IMG/VR virus record: IMGVR_UViG_3300042516_002489 | Coordinates: 506 to 64,505 of that record | Reading direction: 5' to 3' (one strand) | Length of the DNA stretch: 64,000 nt | Source of the DNA: a virus | Lineage: Duplodnaviria; Caudoviricetes | Part shown: positions 20,841-30,680 of the stretch, one piece after another | How positions within the stretch are numbered: position 1 is the first letter of the stretch | How the letters are laid out: each line of letters begins with the position of its first letter | The notes under the pieces: model-generated | What the model was told of the DNA's origin: nothing | The model's database searches: none | Seen by the model: the letters and a program-made list of their open reading frames with translations, nothing else | Program-made: the position numbers and the translations under genes

Positions 20841-21143
20841 CTATTTAGAGCGAGAAACATAGTCGACAAATAAATCATACATATGATCTAGTTTATCACT
20901 AGTTGCTTTACGAAGTTGTTTTGCTTCCTCTTGTTCTTTTTTAATGGCTTTGATCTCATCACGCATGCTGGTACCGCCATTAGTTTTGGTTTCGGCACGA
21001 ATATCATTTACTGCTTCGGCAATTGGTTTAATCTGCACCTGAATATACCACCTAATTCCTCCGATGACAATTGCACTTATCGAAAGCAAAGTTAAAATAA
21101 ATTGCGCCCAGTCAGTTGCTGTCATAATAACCCTATTATACAT
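20841..21143 (-). CDS. Membrane-anchored coiled-coil protein (holin/lysis-accessory-like)
   Basis: One N-terminal TM helix and an NGGTSMRD motif typical of actinophage membrane proteins. Confidence 0.6.
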   Translation of the reverse strand: MYNRVIMTATDWAQFILTLLSISAIVIGGIRWYIQVQIKPIAEAVNDIRAETKTNGGTSMRDEIKAIKKEQEEAKQLRKATSDKLDHMYDLFVDYVSRSK

Positions 21144-21356
21144 TATATTTTGCTTTAAATTTCGGCGGGATACAACAAAGCCGAAAATAGAGGTTATACA
21201 AACCCTCCTATAGACAACATATGGGAGACACTCCCAACTATGTCTAAAAGTGGCTTCAAACCTTCGTATGGGCTATAATAGGTTATATGGATAGTGGTAT
21301 ATTGGGAATGTTTTCGTATGGTCAGTTTATATTTGGTTTGTTTGTTACGATGATGT

Positions 21357-21572
21357 TTGTTTGGGGTTCTGGTGTCAGATGATGTTACATTTGGAGATTG
21401 GCTAAAACCTTCTTCTCCTAGAGCCAGCAAAGATGTTATAGATAATCGTATGGCAATATGCACCAATTGTGAATTCTTTAAGAATAATGGTGCCAGATGT
21501 AAGAAGTGTAATTGCTTTATGAAGTTAAAGACTGACTTATTACATGCTCGTTGTCCTATTGGGAAATGGTGA
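21357..21572 (+). CDS. Small Cys-rich protein
   Basis: R.AIC..C......C..C.CF...K......CP.GKW pattern. Confidence 0.65.
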   Translation: MFGVLVSDDVTFGDWLKPSSPRASKDVIDNRMAICTNCEFFKNNGARCKKCNCFMKLKTDLLHARCPIGKW

Positions 21573-21981
21573 TTTAGCCAGCAACCAGGAGATGGTTTTA
21601 TCCCCTCGAAATTTTAACTATAACAAACCGTTATAAATATAAAACCTTAGTTTTCTGGTTTGTGATCATTTGAGGTTTTGCAAGTACATCCATTGCAGCA
21701 TGTGTCAGAATAAACCTTCAAGCCAGATGATTCATACTGAAACTCTGTATCCCATGCTGACTCTGAGTTAAGTTTACCTAAGTCTATATATGCTTCAAGG
21801 TTGTCTAGTATTCCCATAGGTAATATTATACCTTATCCCCTGCAAAATCTGAAAAATTATAAAAATTGACTTTTAGCAAAATCTGAATATTTTTCTGAGA
21901 TGTACGATACACATATTTAAAAATAAAATAGCAAAAAAATAGTGAGCACACATATAGCATGCCCACTAGATCTTACAGGAT

Positions 21982-22155
21982 TTATTTTGTACCTTGCAGG
22001 TATCCATCTATCCCTAACAGGTCGCATGTAACCTTTACACGCTGATTTGCATGAAGTGTTGATTTAAATAATTCAATAAAATCTAGCACCTCTTGTTTAG
22101 TCATGAGGTTAATATTGCGAGTGTTGCCTTGCATAGATGTGATTGTTATTTTCAT
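21982..22155 (-). CDS. Small hypothetical protein (paralog of 23462)
   Basis: MKITITSMQGN...VKVTCDLLGIDGYLQG; RBS GGGAG upstream of ATG 22155. Confidence 0.65.
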   Translation of the reverse strand: MKITITSMQGNTRNINLMTKQEVLDFIELFKSTLHANQRVKVTCDLLGIDGYLQGTK

Positions 22156-22316
22156 TTGACTCCCTTGTATAAAAAATCCCATGCCTTGCGACACATGAGG
22201 ATACTCTCACAATTGTCGCAACAGATAGACCCGTGAGGGTTGAGGTTGATATCGTAGGCATCTACATATGCCATGGTGTTTCCGCAAACGGAATTGAGTG
22301 GATATAGTGTACTCAT

Positions 22317-22553
22317 TTATTTGCTCCATTCTCTTACATATTGAAATTCGGAATATGGCAATTCGATTGTGAATGTGTTGCCATTCTTAGTTGCATTAGC
22401 ACGGCGTGAGATTCCGTACTTCTCGACAATAACAGAAGCAATTTCTGTTTCATCGTTTAGTGAAATGATTTCTACAATTTTGTGATTGTAGAATTTAGAA
22501 GGTGGCTGAAAGAATTTATCTTTAGCGATTTCATTAGCAAGCGTTAGGTTCAT
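22317..22553 (-). CDS. Hypothetical protein
   Basis: 78 aa in a leftward operon of small coupled ORFs. Confidence 0.6.
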   Translation of the reverse strand: MNLTLANEIAKDKFFQPPSKFYNHKIVEIISLNDETEIASVIVEKYGISRRANATKNGNTFTIELPYSEFQYVREWSK

Positions 22554-22785
22554 TTAGACACCTTCCATTCTGACCACATATCTAAGCGGTCTCCGTCAAA
22601 TTCTAACCAAAATCTTTCGATATTGTTTTCACACACTTCGCAGAAAGTGTATTCGGTATCTGCTACCTCTGAGATAGCACGGACATGAGGGGTATGCTCT
22701 TTGCATACTGTGTTATTTAGTGAAGTCATTTTTGGACTTCCTTTCTTTTAGGGGCTTACTTCTTTTTCAACCTTCTATATATAGA

Positions 22786-22807
22786 AGTATAACAGAGGGG
22801 TACGACA
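22786..22807 (-). promoter_or_regulatory. Leftward promoter, PafBC/RecA-NDp-type
   Basis: Minus strand reads TGTCGT-N10-TATACT. Confidence 0.55.
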
Positions 22808-22846
22808 TTTACTGACCAGTAATGCCACAAATCGGACATTTTGAAA

Positions 22847-23013
22847 TGTGATGTAGGTCATGTGGATAACTCACGCTCAATTCTGGGTGTGATGTGCGTC
22901 ATGTGGATAACTTTGCGCCCCGGCGCACTCGGGCGTGTCTGATCTTATGTGGTACGAATCACATGCGACACGCCGTGTTTAGATTTGACTTTTTGATATT
23001 TTTGTGCTATACT
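22847..23013. promoter_or_regulatory. Divergent control region with CRP-like boxes, 2 DnaA boxes, CCGG/GGCGTGTC motifs and a sigmaA promoter
   Basis: TGTGA-N6-TCATG at 22847 and 22888, TGTGGATAA at 22861 and 22902, TGTGG-N6-TCACA at 22948, TTGACT(22985)-N17-TATACT(23008). Confidence 0.7.
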
Positions 23014-23222
23014 TCTCGTATAGAAAAAAATAAAATAGTGTAATAAATCAGGTCAATGAGCCTAGCAAGTAAACCTCTACTAGAGGGTGAGCCTAGCAAA
23101 TAAGTGACCTATATCACAAGTCCCACGCTCCACATAGTGAGACTACCAGCCAGTATACTGTACAGTACGAGATTTTTCTGTTACACTTACATAGTAAGAA
23201 AATAAAAAAGAAAGGGGTTCTA

Positions 23223-23462
23223 ATGAACTCACTAAATGAATATAACGAAAGTATCCGAAAGGATATCGCCCTAGAGTTTGGTCTAGAGGCAGGTGGATAT
23301 GCTCCACGCCCTCGCTATGAATTACCTATCCGTATTGCTCAACGCATAAACGATAAGTATCCTGCAACTTGGGAAAAAGGTGCGCTACGCCCTACCCCTC
23401 ACCCAATGGCAATAAGAATTGCTAAACGATATGTTTCTCTAATGAAAGTAGGTACTAACTAA
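23223..23462 (+). CDS. Hypothetical early protein
   Basis: 79 aa, RBS GAAAGGGG. Confidence 0.65.
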   Translation: MNSLNEYNESIRKDIALEFGLEAGGYAPRPRYELPIRIAQRINDKYPATWEKGALRPTPHPMAIRIAKRYVSLMKVGTN

Positions 23463-23638
23463 TGGTACAAGTAAAACTAACCTCGTTCAATGGTAATGTA
23501 AAGCGTATGGAATTCGCTACTACATACCTTGCTAAAAAATACATAACTGCGCTACCTAATGCGCTACCTAAAGCGATAACGCTACAAGTAGAGTGCGACG
23601 CTCTAACACTATCAGGACACATAAGGGGGAATAAATAA
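23462..23638 (+). CDS. Small hypothetical protein (paralog of 21982)
   Basis: Manual translation MVQVKLTSFNGN...LQVECDALTLSGHIRGNK; TAATG-coupled; below the ORF-track cutoff. Confidence 0.65.
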   Translation: MVQVKLTSFNGNVKRMEFATTYLAKKYITALPNALPKAITLQVECDALTLSGHIRGNK

Positions 23639-24425
23639 TGAGTATATGGACTCGATTTCCTACTGTAAACAATTATCCGCAAGGCATGATGAATTTATGC
23701 CCATGCGGTCAGGTTGTGCTAGCCCCTGCGCTATATCATGAGGGGCAACCTTATTGGGAAAATCCTAATAAGTGCAAAGAACTTTTTGAAGGAGTAAAAT
23801 AATGACTAAGTATAATGTACTAATCTCATATGTCGTAGAGGCAGAAGATGAGATGAGAGCCGTATTTGCTCTCAACAAATCACTAATGCCACTTAGCGAG
23901 AATGAAATTTCTAAGTTTGACGCATTCCTAGTAGAGGAGGCTCAATAATGATAAGCCTAGAACTTCAAGATGTACTTGCTACATGCCGTCAAATTCGTGG
24001 CAACGATAGAGACTCAGGCACACACTATCTGCTCGGATACCTATGGGCGAATACCCCTGATAAAGAAAAAGTTAGAATTGCAAAATTATTTAATAATGAT
24101 TTATTAGAACAGGAAAAAAATAAATGAATAATTTTTATCAAACTTTTTTTGTAAGTGGTAACGCACTCTTTTGGTTTTCTTTTATAACTTTCTTTTCAGG
24201 AATTTATTTGCATTTGAAAGAATGATCAAAAGTTAGCCCGGCGCACTCGGGCGTGTCGTAATCAGTTTACGTGTGATGTAATTCACTCCCCGTTTACGGC
24301 GTGTCGATTTGACTTTTTGGGATTTGTGTGTTAGTATAGTTATATAAACAATTGAATAATGCTCTAAACAATGTGACCAACCTCACATTCAAAATGTACC
24401 AAATGTCCGAATTTGGATTTGATTT

Positions 24426-24447
24426 TGTCGGTGGGAAATGCTAAAAT
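24426..24447 (+). promoter_or_regulatory. PafBC/RecA-NDp-type promoter (representative of 11)
   Basis: TGTCGG-TGGGAAATGC-TAAAAT upstream of the 24482 gene. Confidence 0.7.
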
Positions 24448-24481
24448 AGTAATATAAAGAAAAAGAAAGTGAGACAAACTT

Positions 24482-24694
24482 ATGTCTGCAAATGTATACA
24501 ATGTCCAAGCCCTACTAGTGGGAAAAGAATATATCTCTAAAACCTTGCGTGGAGAAATCGTAAGTGCAAGACCACACCCTAAGCCAATTTGGTATGACGG
24601 TTGCGATACCTATCTTGTAGAGGTTGCACCTAATAGCGGTTGGGGTGCATGGCGCAACACTTACCGCACCGTTGCAGTAAAGGTCGGTGAGTAA
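24482..24694 (+). CDS. Hypothetical early protein
   Basis: 70 aa, A-rich leader with GAAAG. Confidence 0.65.
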   Translation: MSANVYNVQALLVGKEYISKTLRGEIVSARPHPKPIWYDGCDTYLVEVAPNSGWGAWRNTYRTVAVKVGE

Positions 24695-25005
24695 ATGATG
24701 AACATAATTGATAAAACAGAATTCTATGAGATATCAGATGAACAACACTTTTGTTGCGATGAAAGTCAATTCAAATACTATTGCGAGGAACACCTAGAAT
24801 TTATGGGTTGCTACTTTTGCCAATTTGATTATTCTAAGAATTGCGAGGAACAACACTAATGGGAGAAATTGCGGGAATGTGGCTATGCAATAATTGCGAA
24901 ACAATTGCCTATGTGTCGGTGGAATCCGATACAATATTAGTAACACAATGCCAATGTGTAATGCTATCTAGAACAACAAACAACAACTAACAAAGGACAG
25001 ATAAA

Positions 25006-25212
25006 ATGGTAAAAATCGAACACACACTAAAATTCGTAACTGAGGTTGATGAAACTCACCCAGTAGGAATTCGCTTGCTCTCACTTTCTGATGAGATGCA
25101 AATCTTAATGCTTGAGTCAATGCTAAAAGAATTGCTTGCACCACGCATTCAGCCTGCACTAGATGAAATCAATGAAAACGGCACTTATGCAATTCTAAAG
25201 GTGGCAGAATAA
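25006..25212 (+). CDS. Hypothetical early protein
   Basis: 68 aa, RBS AAGGA. Confidence 0.65.
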   Translation: MVKIEHTLKFVTEVDETHPVGIRLLSLSDEMQILMLESMLKELLAPRIQPALDEINENGTYAILKVAE

Positions 25213-25392
25213 ATGATGACTCGTAAAGACTATGTAGCAGTTGCTGAAATTCTTTCATCGTATAAAGATTTAATCGGTGATGAATTTACTTTTGAGGATT
25301 TGGTAGAGGATTTTTCTGGAATGTTTGAAGCAGATAATCCAAATTTCAAACATGAAATATTTAGAGAAGCGTGTTTAAAAAATAATTTCTAA
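25213..25392 (+). CDS. Small phage protein (MTRKDY...ADNPNF type)
   Basis: Manual translation, 59 aa, immediately after the 25006 gene. Confidence 0.65.
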   Translation: MMTRKDYVAVAEILSSYKDLIGDEFTFEDLVEDFSGMFEADNPNFKHEIFREACLKNNF

Positions 25393-25401
25393 ATAAAAAA
25401 A

Positions 25402-25428
25402 ATCCTGAGCAAGATCTAAAACTGCTCA
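25402..25428 (+). ncRNA. Pseudoknot motif copy (family of 7)
   Basis: ATC-CTGAGCAA-GAT-CTAAAAC-TGCTCA. Confidence 0.6.
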
Positions 25429-25959
25429 AAGTAAGCCCGGCGTGTCGTCCACAGGTTGTGAATAACCTTACGTACGATGTGATTTTTGTCACAGAGTTTA
25501 CGTACCACTATTTGAGATTCGCAGGCTTTCGATTAGATTTTTGTCGGTGGAGCATGATAGGATATTTATATCAACTAAAGAAAGAAGGTCTCCCATGAAC
25601 CTAGATGAATTCAAGTCTCACGTTCAAGCCCAACGTGAAGCAAGCAAGGCAGAAGCCTTGTCGGTACTATCTGCTAAGATTATTGTAAAGAAAGAAGGCA
25701 ACTAATGGATACTTGTATTGCTTGTAATGAAAACGCTGTAAGTGTTACCGAACTATATTGCTACCCTTGCTATCTTGACCGAGAGTTAGAAGCGATGATA
25801 GAATCAGACTATATCAACCAACTATTTTTGACGAAAGAGGCTAACTAATATGGATTTCTATGACGACTACTATGAAACAGATATGCTACGCCCAGACGCT
25901 AAGTCTTGCTATTGCAAACTTCATTCAATTTGTACTAACTGCACGGAAGGATATAACTA

Positions 25960-26175
25960 ATGGAATACTCATACTCAATTACCGCTACCTATGATAACGA
26001 GGTTGCACCTTACTTCGTTGGTCGCTACGACAATGCTATCTCTGCCGTTACAGAGTGGAACAAGATTGTAGATTGGGGATTTGCAGATGAATATGCAACC
26101 TACAATTTCTCAGAGCCTAGTGGCAAGATGCACACTAAGATATTTTATCGTAGTGGAAAGGTTGGGGGTAAGTAA
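25960..26175 (+). CDS. Hypothetical early protein
   Basis: 71 aa, RBS AAGGA. Confidence 0.65.
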   Translation: MEYSYSITATYDNEVAPYFVGRYDNAISAVTEWNKIVDWGFADEYATYNFSEPSGKMHTKIFYRSGKVGGK

Positions 26176-26313
26176 TGAGCGACCTAACCTATTGTGAAAT
26201 TTGCTATCGTAACTTACAAGATGAAGAGTTTAATTACTTTTTTGAATATCCAGTCTGCTTAGAATGTGCAGATGAACAAGAACTAGCCCTACTACTACAA
26301 GGAGTAAAATAAT

Positions 26314-26598
26314 ATGGGAAGCATAACAGCGTTAGGACTACAAGACACCGTACTAGATTTAGAGACTCAGATTCTCTACCACCTCAAGGGTAATCACTAT
26401 CCACCAGTACCCGCAGAAATGGTACAACCTTGCATAGATGCTATTGACGCATACTATGACGAGGACTATGACCGCATGATTGATATGCCTATGGTAGGGG
26501 ACTTTCAGATTCTATACCGTGGAGAAACTCAAGCACCTGCAAGGGCTATCGTAGACCAGCACCACTTATCATTCTGGCTACCTGATTGGGAGGACTAA
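26314..26598 (+). CDS. Hypothetical early protein
   Basis: HLKGNHYPPVP...C..AI and IVDQHHL motifs; RBS AAGGAG. Confidence 0.7.
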   Translation: MGSITALGLQDTVLDLETQILYHLKGNHYPPVPAEMVQPCIDAIDAYYDEDYDRMIDMPMVGDFQILYRGETQAPARAIVDQHHLSFWLPDWED

Positions 26599-26809
26599 TG
26601 TATTCTCTATGGGTTGGCGGCAGCGAGTTAAACTCTAACTATCTTACTAGACGAGATGCAGAGTATTGGGCGCAAGAGATGATTGAAATGGGATATGACG
26701 ATGTAATTGTAGAGGGTCCACTATGATTGATTTAACTATCCCCCACTCAAAATATTGCGATTGCCAGGAGTGCATTGATATGGAAAAAGAGATATATGGA
26801 GATGAGTAA

Positions 26810-27049
26810 ATGACTGCTACAATGGAAACTATGAAATTTGTATACGCAGATCTGCTAACACCATCCCAACTGATGGAAGGCGACCTAATTAATATTGATG
26901 ATGATATCGTAGAGGTGTTGTCCGTTGTAGATGATGCAACAGGGGATAACTATACTATTTTACATCGCAATGATTTTGGTGAAGAAGAAGAAACCTTTTG
27001 CACCTTTGAGGACATGTTCAAACTCTACGTATTTATAGAAGAGGATTAG
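26810..27049 (+). CDS. Acidic small beta-barrel protein
   Basis: L.EGDLI.IDDDIVEVLSV pattern (KOW/SH3-like). Confidence 0.6.
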   Translation: MTATMETMKFVYADLLTPSQLMEGDLINIDDDIVEVLSVVDDATGDNYTILHRNDFGEEEETFCTFEDMFKLYVFIEED

Positions 27050-27124
27050 CGAGGCCGGGGCGTGTGAGATTGATCACAGCCTTACGATTTGACATTTTTA
27101 GTCTGATAGTGCTAGAATTGATTT

Positions 27125-27277
27125 ATGAGCACACAGAAAAGCCCCGAGGAATTACGCAGACTTATGGAACTTCGCCGTTCTAATGCTGCTTCTGCCGTGC
27201 CTTCTAAAAAAGTTTATTCTCGCAAGGGCAAGAAAAGTCAGTCCCTTCTGCTAGAATTAAAAAAAGAAAGTGAGTAA
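27125..27277 (+). CDS. Small basic leaderless protein
   Basis: Manual translation MSTQKSPEELRRLMELRRSNAASAVPSKKVYSRKGK...; ATG 6 nt after TTGACA-N18-TAGAAT. Confidence 0.55.
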   Translation: MSTQKSPEELRRLMELRRSNAASAVPSKKVYSRKGKKSQSLLLELKKESE

Positions 27278-27281
27278 ACCC

Positions 27282-28004
27282 ATGACCCAACTAAAACGCT
27301 CTAAAGATAGAAAGGTGGCTAACCTTGTCACAAAAAACGGAAAGCAAGCCGCAATTGCAAATACATTCGGACTACCTGCAGGAAAAAACTATTCATGTCC
27401 TGGCGCTACGACTGTCTGCGAAACTGTTTGCTACGCAGGCAAATTGGAAAAGATATTCCCAACCGTAAAGGTAAACCTTCTACATAATTGGGAATTGCTA
27501 CGCAATGCAAACTTTGATACAATGCAGACTTTGCTATCAGACATGATAGATGAGTTTATTGTTGATTGCGAAAAGAAAAATGCACCTAAGTTATTTCGTA
27601 TTCACTGGGATGGCGATTTCTTCAATGATACTTATACTAACGCATGGAAATTCGTAATTGAAAAAAACCCTGATATTCAATTTTGGGTATACACACGAGT
27701 AAAGTCTGCAGCCCTTATCCTAAAAGATATTGATAATCTCTCACTATACTATTCAACTGATAGCGAAAATAAGGCTATTGGTATTGGTCTCAAGACTGAA
27801 CATGGTGTTCGCCTTGCATACCTTGCGAAGAACTTTGCAATTGGTCAGGCAGACATGAAGGAACTAACTTCAAAGCCTGGCGCTAAGTGTCCTGAAAACC
27901 TAAAAGCCATTCCACTAATTAGCAATGCAGGCTCTGCATGCGTGTCTTGTTCACTTTGCGTATTCAATAAGGCAGATATTGTATTCTCTGCAACTAAGAA
28001 ATAA
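27282..28004 (+). CDS. Gp88-like (radical-SAM-related, Cys-containing) phage protein
   Basis: FGLPAG...SCPGAT..C..VCYA, RIHWDGDFF, WVYTR and C-terminal CP...C..C.LC motifs. Confidence 0.75.
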   Translation: MTQLKRSKDRKVANLVTKNGKQAAIANTFGLPAGKNYSCPGATTVCETVCYAGKLEKIFPTVKVNLLHNWELLRNANFDTMQTLLSDMIDEFIVDCEKKNAPKLFRIHWDGDFFNDTYTNAWKFVIEKNPDIQFWVYTRVKSAALILKDIDNLSLYYSTDSENKAIGIGLKTEHGVRLAYLAKNFAIGQADMKELTSKPGAKCPENLKAIPLISNAGSACVSCSLCVFNKADIVFSATKK

Positions 28005-28229
28005 TATTTCATGAATACGTGGATGTGGATCTTACTATGGTTACTGATTCTGTTTATGTATCAGTGACTTAGTAGGCCCGGCGCAAAAAAGTCGATTTGT
28101 CAAGTTACGACACGCCTTTAAGATGTGGGGTTTATCACACCCAGAACGCCCTCTAGGATTTGATATTTATTATATTTTTTGCTAAAATTATACTATAAGC
28201 AAAACCACCACGATAGAAAGGCAATAAAA

Positions 28230-28400
28230 ATGACACTAAGCGGATACACTTACCAAATCGGTGATTTATTCACAACAAGCAAGACAGGCGTTACTGGGCG
28301 CATCACAGATTTTAGTCCAATAAATGCTAAACTAACTAGAGTTTCATTACGCTTGGCAAACGGCGCACACCGCTTTGCTATGGTAAAGACTTCTAAGTAA
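28230..28400 (+). CDS. Small SH3-like protein (tandem paralog A)
   Basis: YQIGDLFTTSKTGVTGRIT; RBS GAAAGG. Confidence 0.65.
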   Translation: MTLSGYTYQIGDLFTTSKTGVTGRITDFSPINAKLTRVSLRLANGAHRFAMVKTSK

Positions 28401-28493
28401 TCTCAAAATATGAGATTATTTCCCAATGGATTTGTATTTCCGAGATTTTTCGGATATACTAGAAATATAACCAACAACAGAAAAGGAAAAAAA

Positions 28494-28655
28494 ATGACAG
28501 TAGCACAAGCACTATACAAGGTCGGCGACACTTACACATCACAGAAGTCAAAGGTAACTGGCACAATTACAGAAATCAAGCCAAACGCTAACGGCACAGT
28601 TCGTGTGAAGTTAGATGTTGCAGGTGCAACACGCTGGACAACTTGGAAGGCGTAA
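28494..28655 (+). CDS. Small SH3-like protein (tandem paralog B)
   Basis: YKVGDTYTSQKSKVTGTIT; RBS AAAGGA. Confidence 0.65.
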   Translation: MTVAQALYKVGDTYTSQKSKVTGTITEIKPNANGTVRVKLDVAGATRWTTWKA

Positions 28656-28664
28656 GCCTTTCAT

Positions 28665-28732
28665 AGTCGCCAATGTACAGCGACTCTAAATAAGTGGCAG
28701 GAACGAACCTGAGCAAGTTCCAAAAAGGCTCA
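28665..28732 (+). ncRNA. Structured RNA: hairpin/pseudoknot plus pseudoknot-family copy
   Basis: AGTCGC..GCGACT stem, then GAAC-CTGAGCAA-GTTC-CAAAAAG-GCTCA. Confidence 0.55.
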
Positions 28733-28797
28733 TCACAAAAGTCAGACCCACCCCCTATAATAGAAATATAACCCACCAAAGAAAAGGAAAAAACACA

Positions 28798-29223
28798 ATG
28801 GCAACAAGAGGAAAAGCAATCTCAGTAAAAATCGCAACACCAAAGGTAATCAAGGCACTAGAAGCATCACTCGCTAAAATTGAAGCAGACTACGCATCAC
28901 AAGAAGCAAGCGAAGCAAAGTATCAGAAGGCTATGGAAAAGTATAGAAAAGAACTTGGTGCATTTGCGGTAAAGCATATCGCTAAGGCAGAAAATCTACG
29001 CTCATCATATCGCTCGTGGAATAATCAACTAAACATTGACTTTGACCTAACAGTTACTAAGGACTCGCTTCCAACTGAACCTGAGCGTGATTTCGTATCA
29101 TTGAACGAATACGAATATCGTAATCAGAAAGAGGAGATTGCAAACGCAATTCGTATCCTTAAAATGACCGACGAGGAAGTTGTAAATACTTCCACATACA
29201 ATGCGGTGGCTCGCTATCTCTAA
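28798..29223 (+). CDS. Hypothetical coiled-coil early protein
   Basis: 141 aa, strong RBS, PafBC-type promoter at 28740. Confidence 0.75.
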   Translation: MATRGKAISVKIATPKVIKALEASLAKIEADYASQEASEAKYQKAMEKYRKELGAFAVKHIAKAENLRSSYRSWNNQLNIDFDLTVTKDSLPTEPERDFVSLNEYEYRNQKEEIANAIRILKMTDEEVVNTSTYNAVARYL

Positions 29224-29230
29224 TAAAATG

Positions 29231-29483
29231 TAGATATGTCCTCTGGCAACACGATATATCTGTCTGCAACCTGAGCAAGTTGTAAAACTGCTTCACAAGT
29301 TTCGCCAGGCTGATTAGGGCGATTATAGAAATACTATAGAGCAAGGTTACTGCAGACCTAAAGAAGCAGACCACCTGAGTAAGTGCCAAAACTGCTCATC
29401 AAATTTCACAAGAACCATACGCATGGATATTAGTTCCATATACATGGTAGTGAGAGTTCCTGATCATGAACTAAAACTGATCA
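29231..29483 (+). ncRNA. Tandem pseudoknot/hairpin RNA array
   Basis: Three family copies (29266, 29372, 29455), two variant pseudoknots (29302, 29344), two hairpins; no credible ORF. Confidence 0.6.
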
Positions 29484-29608
29484 CATTTGCCCCGGCCCAG
29501 GTGACCAAGATCACATCTCATTATGTAGGATAGGACCTTTACGTGTTGCATTTGTCAGCCCCCTCTGCTAGAATTATATTATTACCAAAGAGAAAGAAGG
29601 AAGCCCCT

Positions 29609-30106
29609 ATGGGATTAGATATGTATCTCAGCGCTAAGAAGCATTTAGAAAAAATCAACTGGAAAGCCTTGCAAGATAATAATGAATTATCTTATTCATC
29701 TCCTGAAGCAGTCTATCCAAAATTCAATGACCTAATGGAATTGACACAACTATCAGATGTTGCAACAGATATCTACGGAGCAAGTGTAGAGGTAACCTGT
29801 GCCTACTGGCGCAAGGCTAATCAGATACACGCTTGGTTTGTAAGAGAAATCCAAGGTGGCGAGGATAACTGTGGTGACTACTATGTATCACAAGATAAAC
29901 TAATAGAGTTGCTAGCACTATGTAAGCATGCCCTAGAAACTAAAGACCCTAGCCTATTTCCACCGCAGGCAGGATTTTTCTTTGGTGGTACAGACATTGA
30001 TGAGTGGTATTGGAATGACCTAAAGAATACTATTAGTCAACTAGAGCGTATCTTTGCTCTACCTGAAATTGATAAGTTATCATTCTATTACTCATCATCT
30101 TGGTAA
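29609..30106 (+). CDS. Phage protein (MGLDMYL...YWRKANQIH.WF type)
   Basis: Recognisable motifs including GFFFG...DEWY and FYYSSSW; RBS AAGGAAG. Confidence 0.75.
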   Translation: MGLDMYLSAKKHLEKINWKALQDNNELSYSSPEAVYPKFNDLMELTQLSDVATDIYGASVEVTCAYWRKANQIHAWFVREIQGGEDNCGDYYVSQDKLIELLALCKHALETKDPSLFPPQAGFFFGGTDIDEWYWNDLKNTISQLERIFALPEIDKLSFYYSSSW

Positions 30107-30171
30107 TTGACATTTGTCAGTGGCCACTAGTACAATTGAATACATATACCAACTAACAGAAAGAGGCCCCC

Positions 30172-30603
30172 ATGGACCAAACAGTAATAAATGCAACAAA
30201 TGAATTCCTTCAGACACAGATTAGTGCACTGCAGGAAGCAATTGAAAAGAAAGATTTAATGATTGTTTCACTACAAGACCGTGCATCCCAAAATTCACAA
30301 CGTGAATATGCAACTGCAGCATCAATGAACAAATTGCGTGATGACATGCAAGAGTGGACATTGGGTCAACTTGGCAATGGCCAACTTACAGAATCACAAG
30401 CAGAAGAAATTGCAGAGATTTGCGGGTTTGACCTTACCAAGGAAGTTGAAGTTGAAGTTAGCGTAACTTATAACCTGACCGTAAACGTTCCTTATGATGA
30501 GGACGTTGAATCAATTGTAAATGATATTGATTTTGAATCAGTGTCATATAATTCTGACAACATCACTTGGCTTACCGCTTCAGTTGACAGGGTTGATTTT
30601 TAG
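30172..30603 (+). CDS. Hypothetical acidic protein
   Basis: 143 aa, RBS GAAAGAGG. Confidence 0.7.
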   Translation: MDQTVINATNEFLQTQISALQEAIEKKDLMIVSLQDRASQNSQREYATAASMNKLRDDMQEWTLGQLGNGQLTESQAEEIAEICGFDLTKEVEVEVSVTYNLTVNVPYDEDVESIVNDIDFESVSYNSDNITWLTASVDRVDF

Positions 30604-30680
30604 TAGGGGGCTACTAAAAGACATGTCGAATGTCTTTAAACTAGGCAAGGGACCTGAGCATTGTCCATGTAAACGGCTCA
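30601..30680 (+). ncRNA. Hairpin plus two pseudoknots at operon 3' end
   Basis: TAGTAG-GGGG-CTACTA; AAAGAC..GTCTTT-AAAC-TAGGCA; GGAC-CTGAGCATT-GTCC-ATGTAAAC-GGCTCA. Confidence 0.55.
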
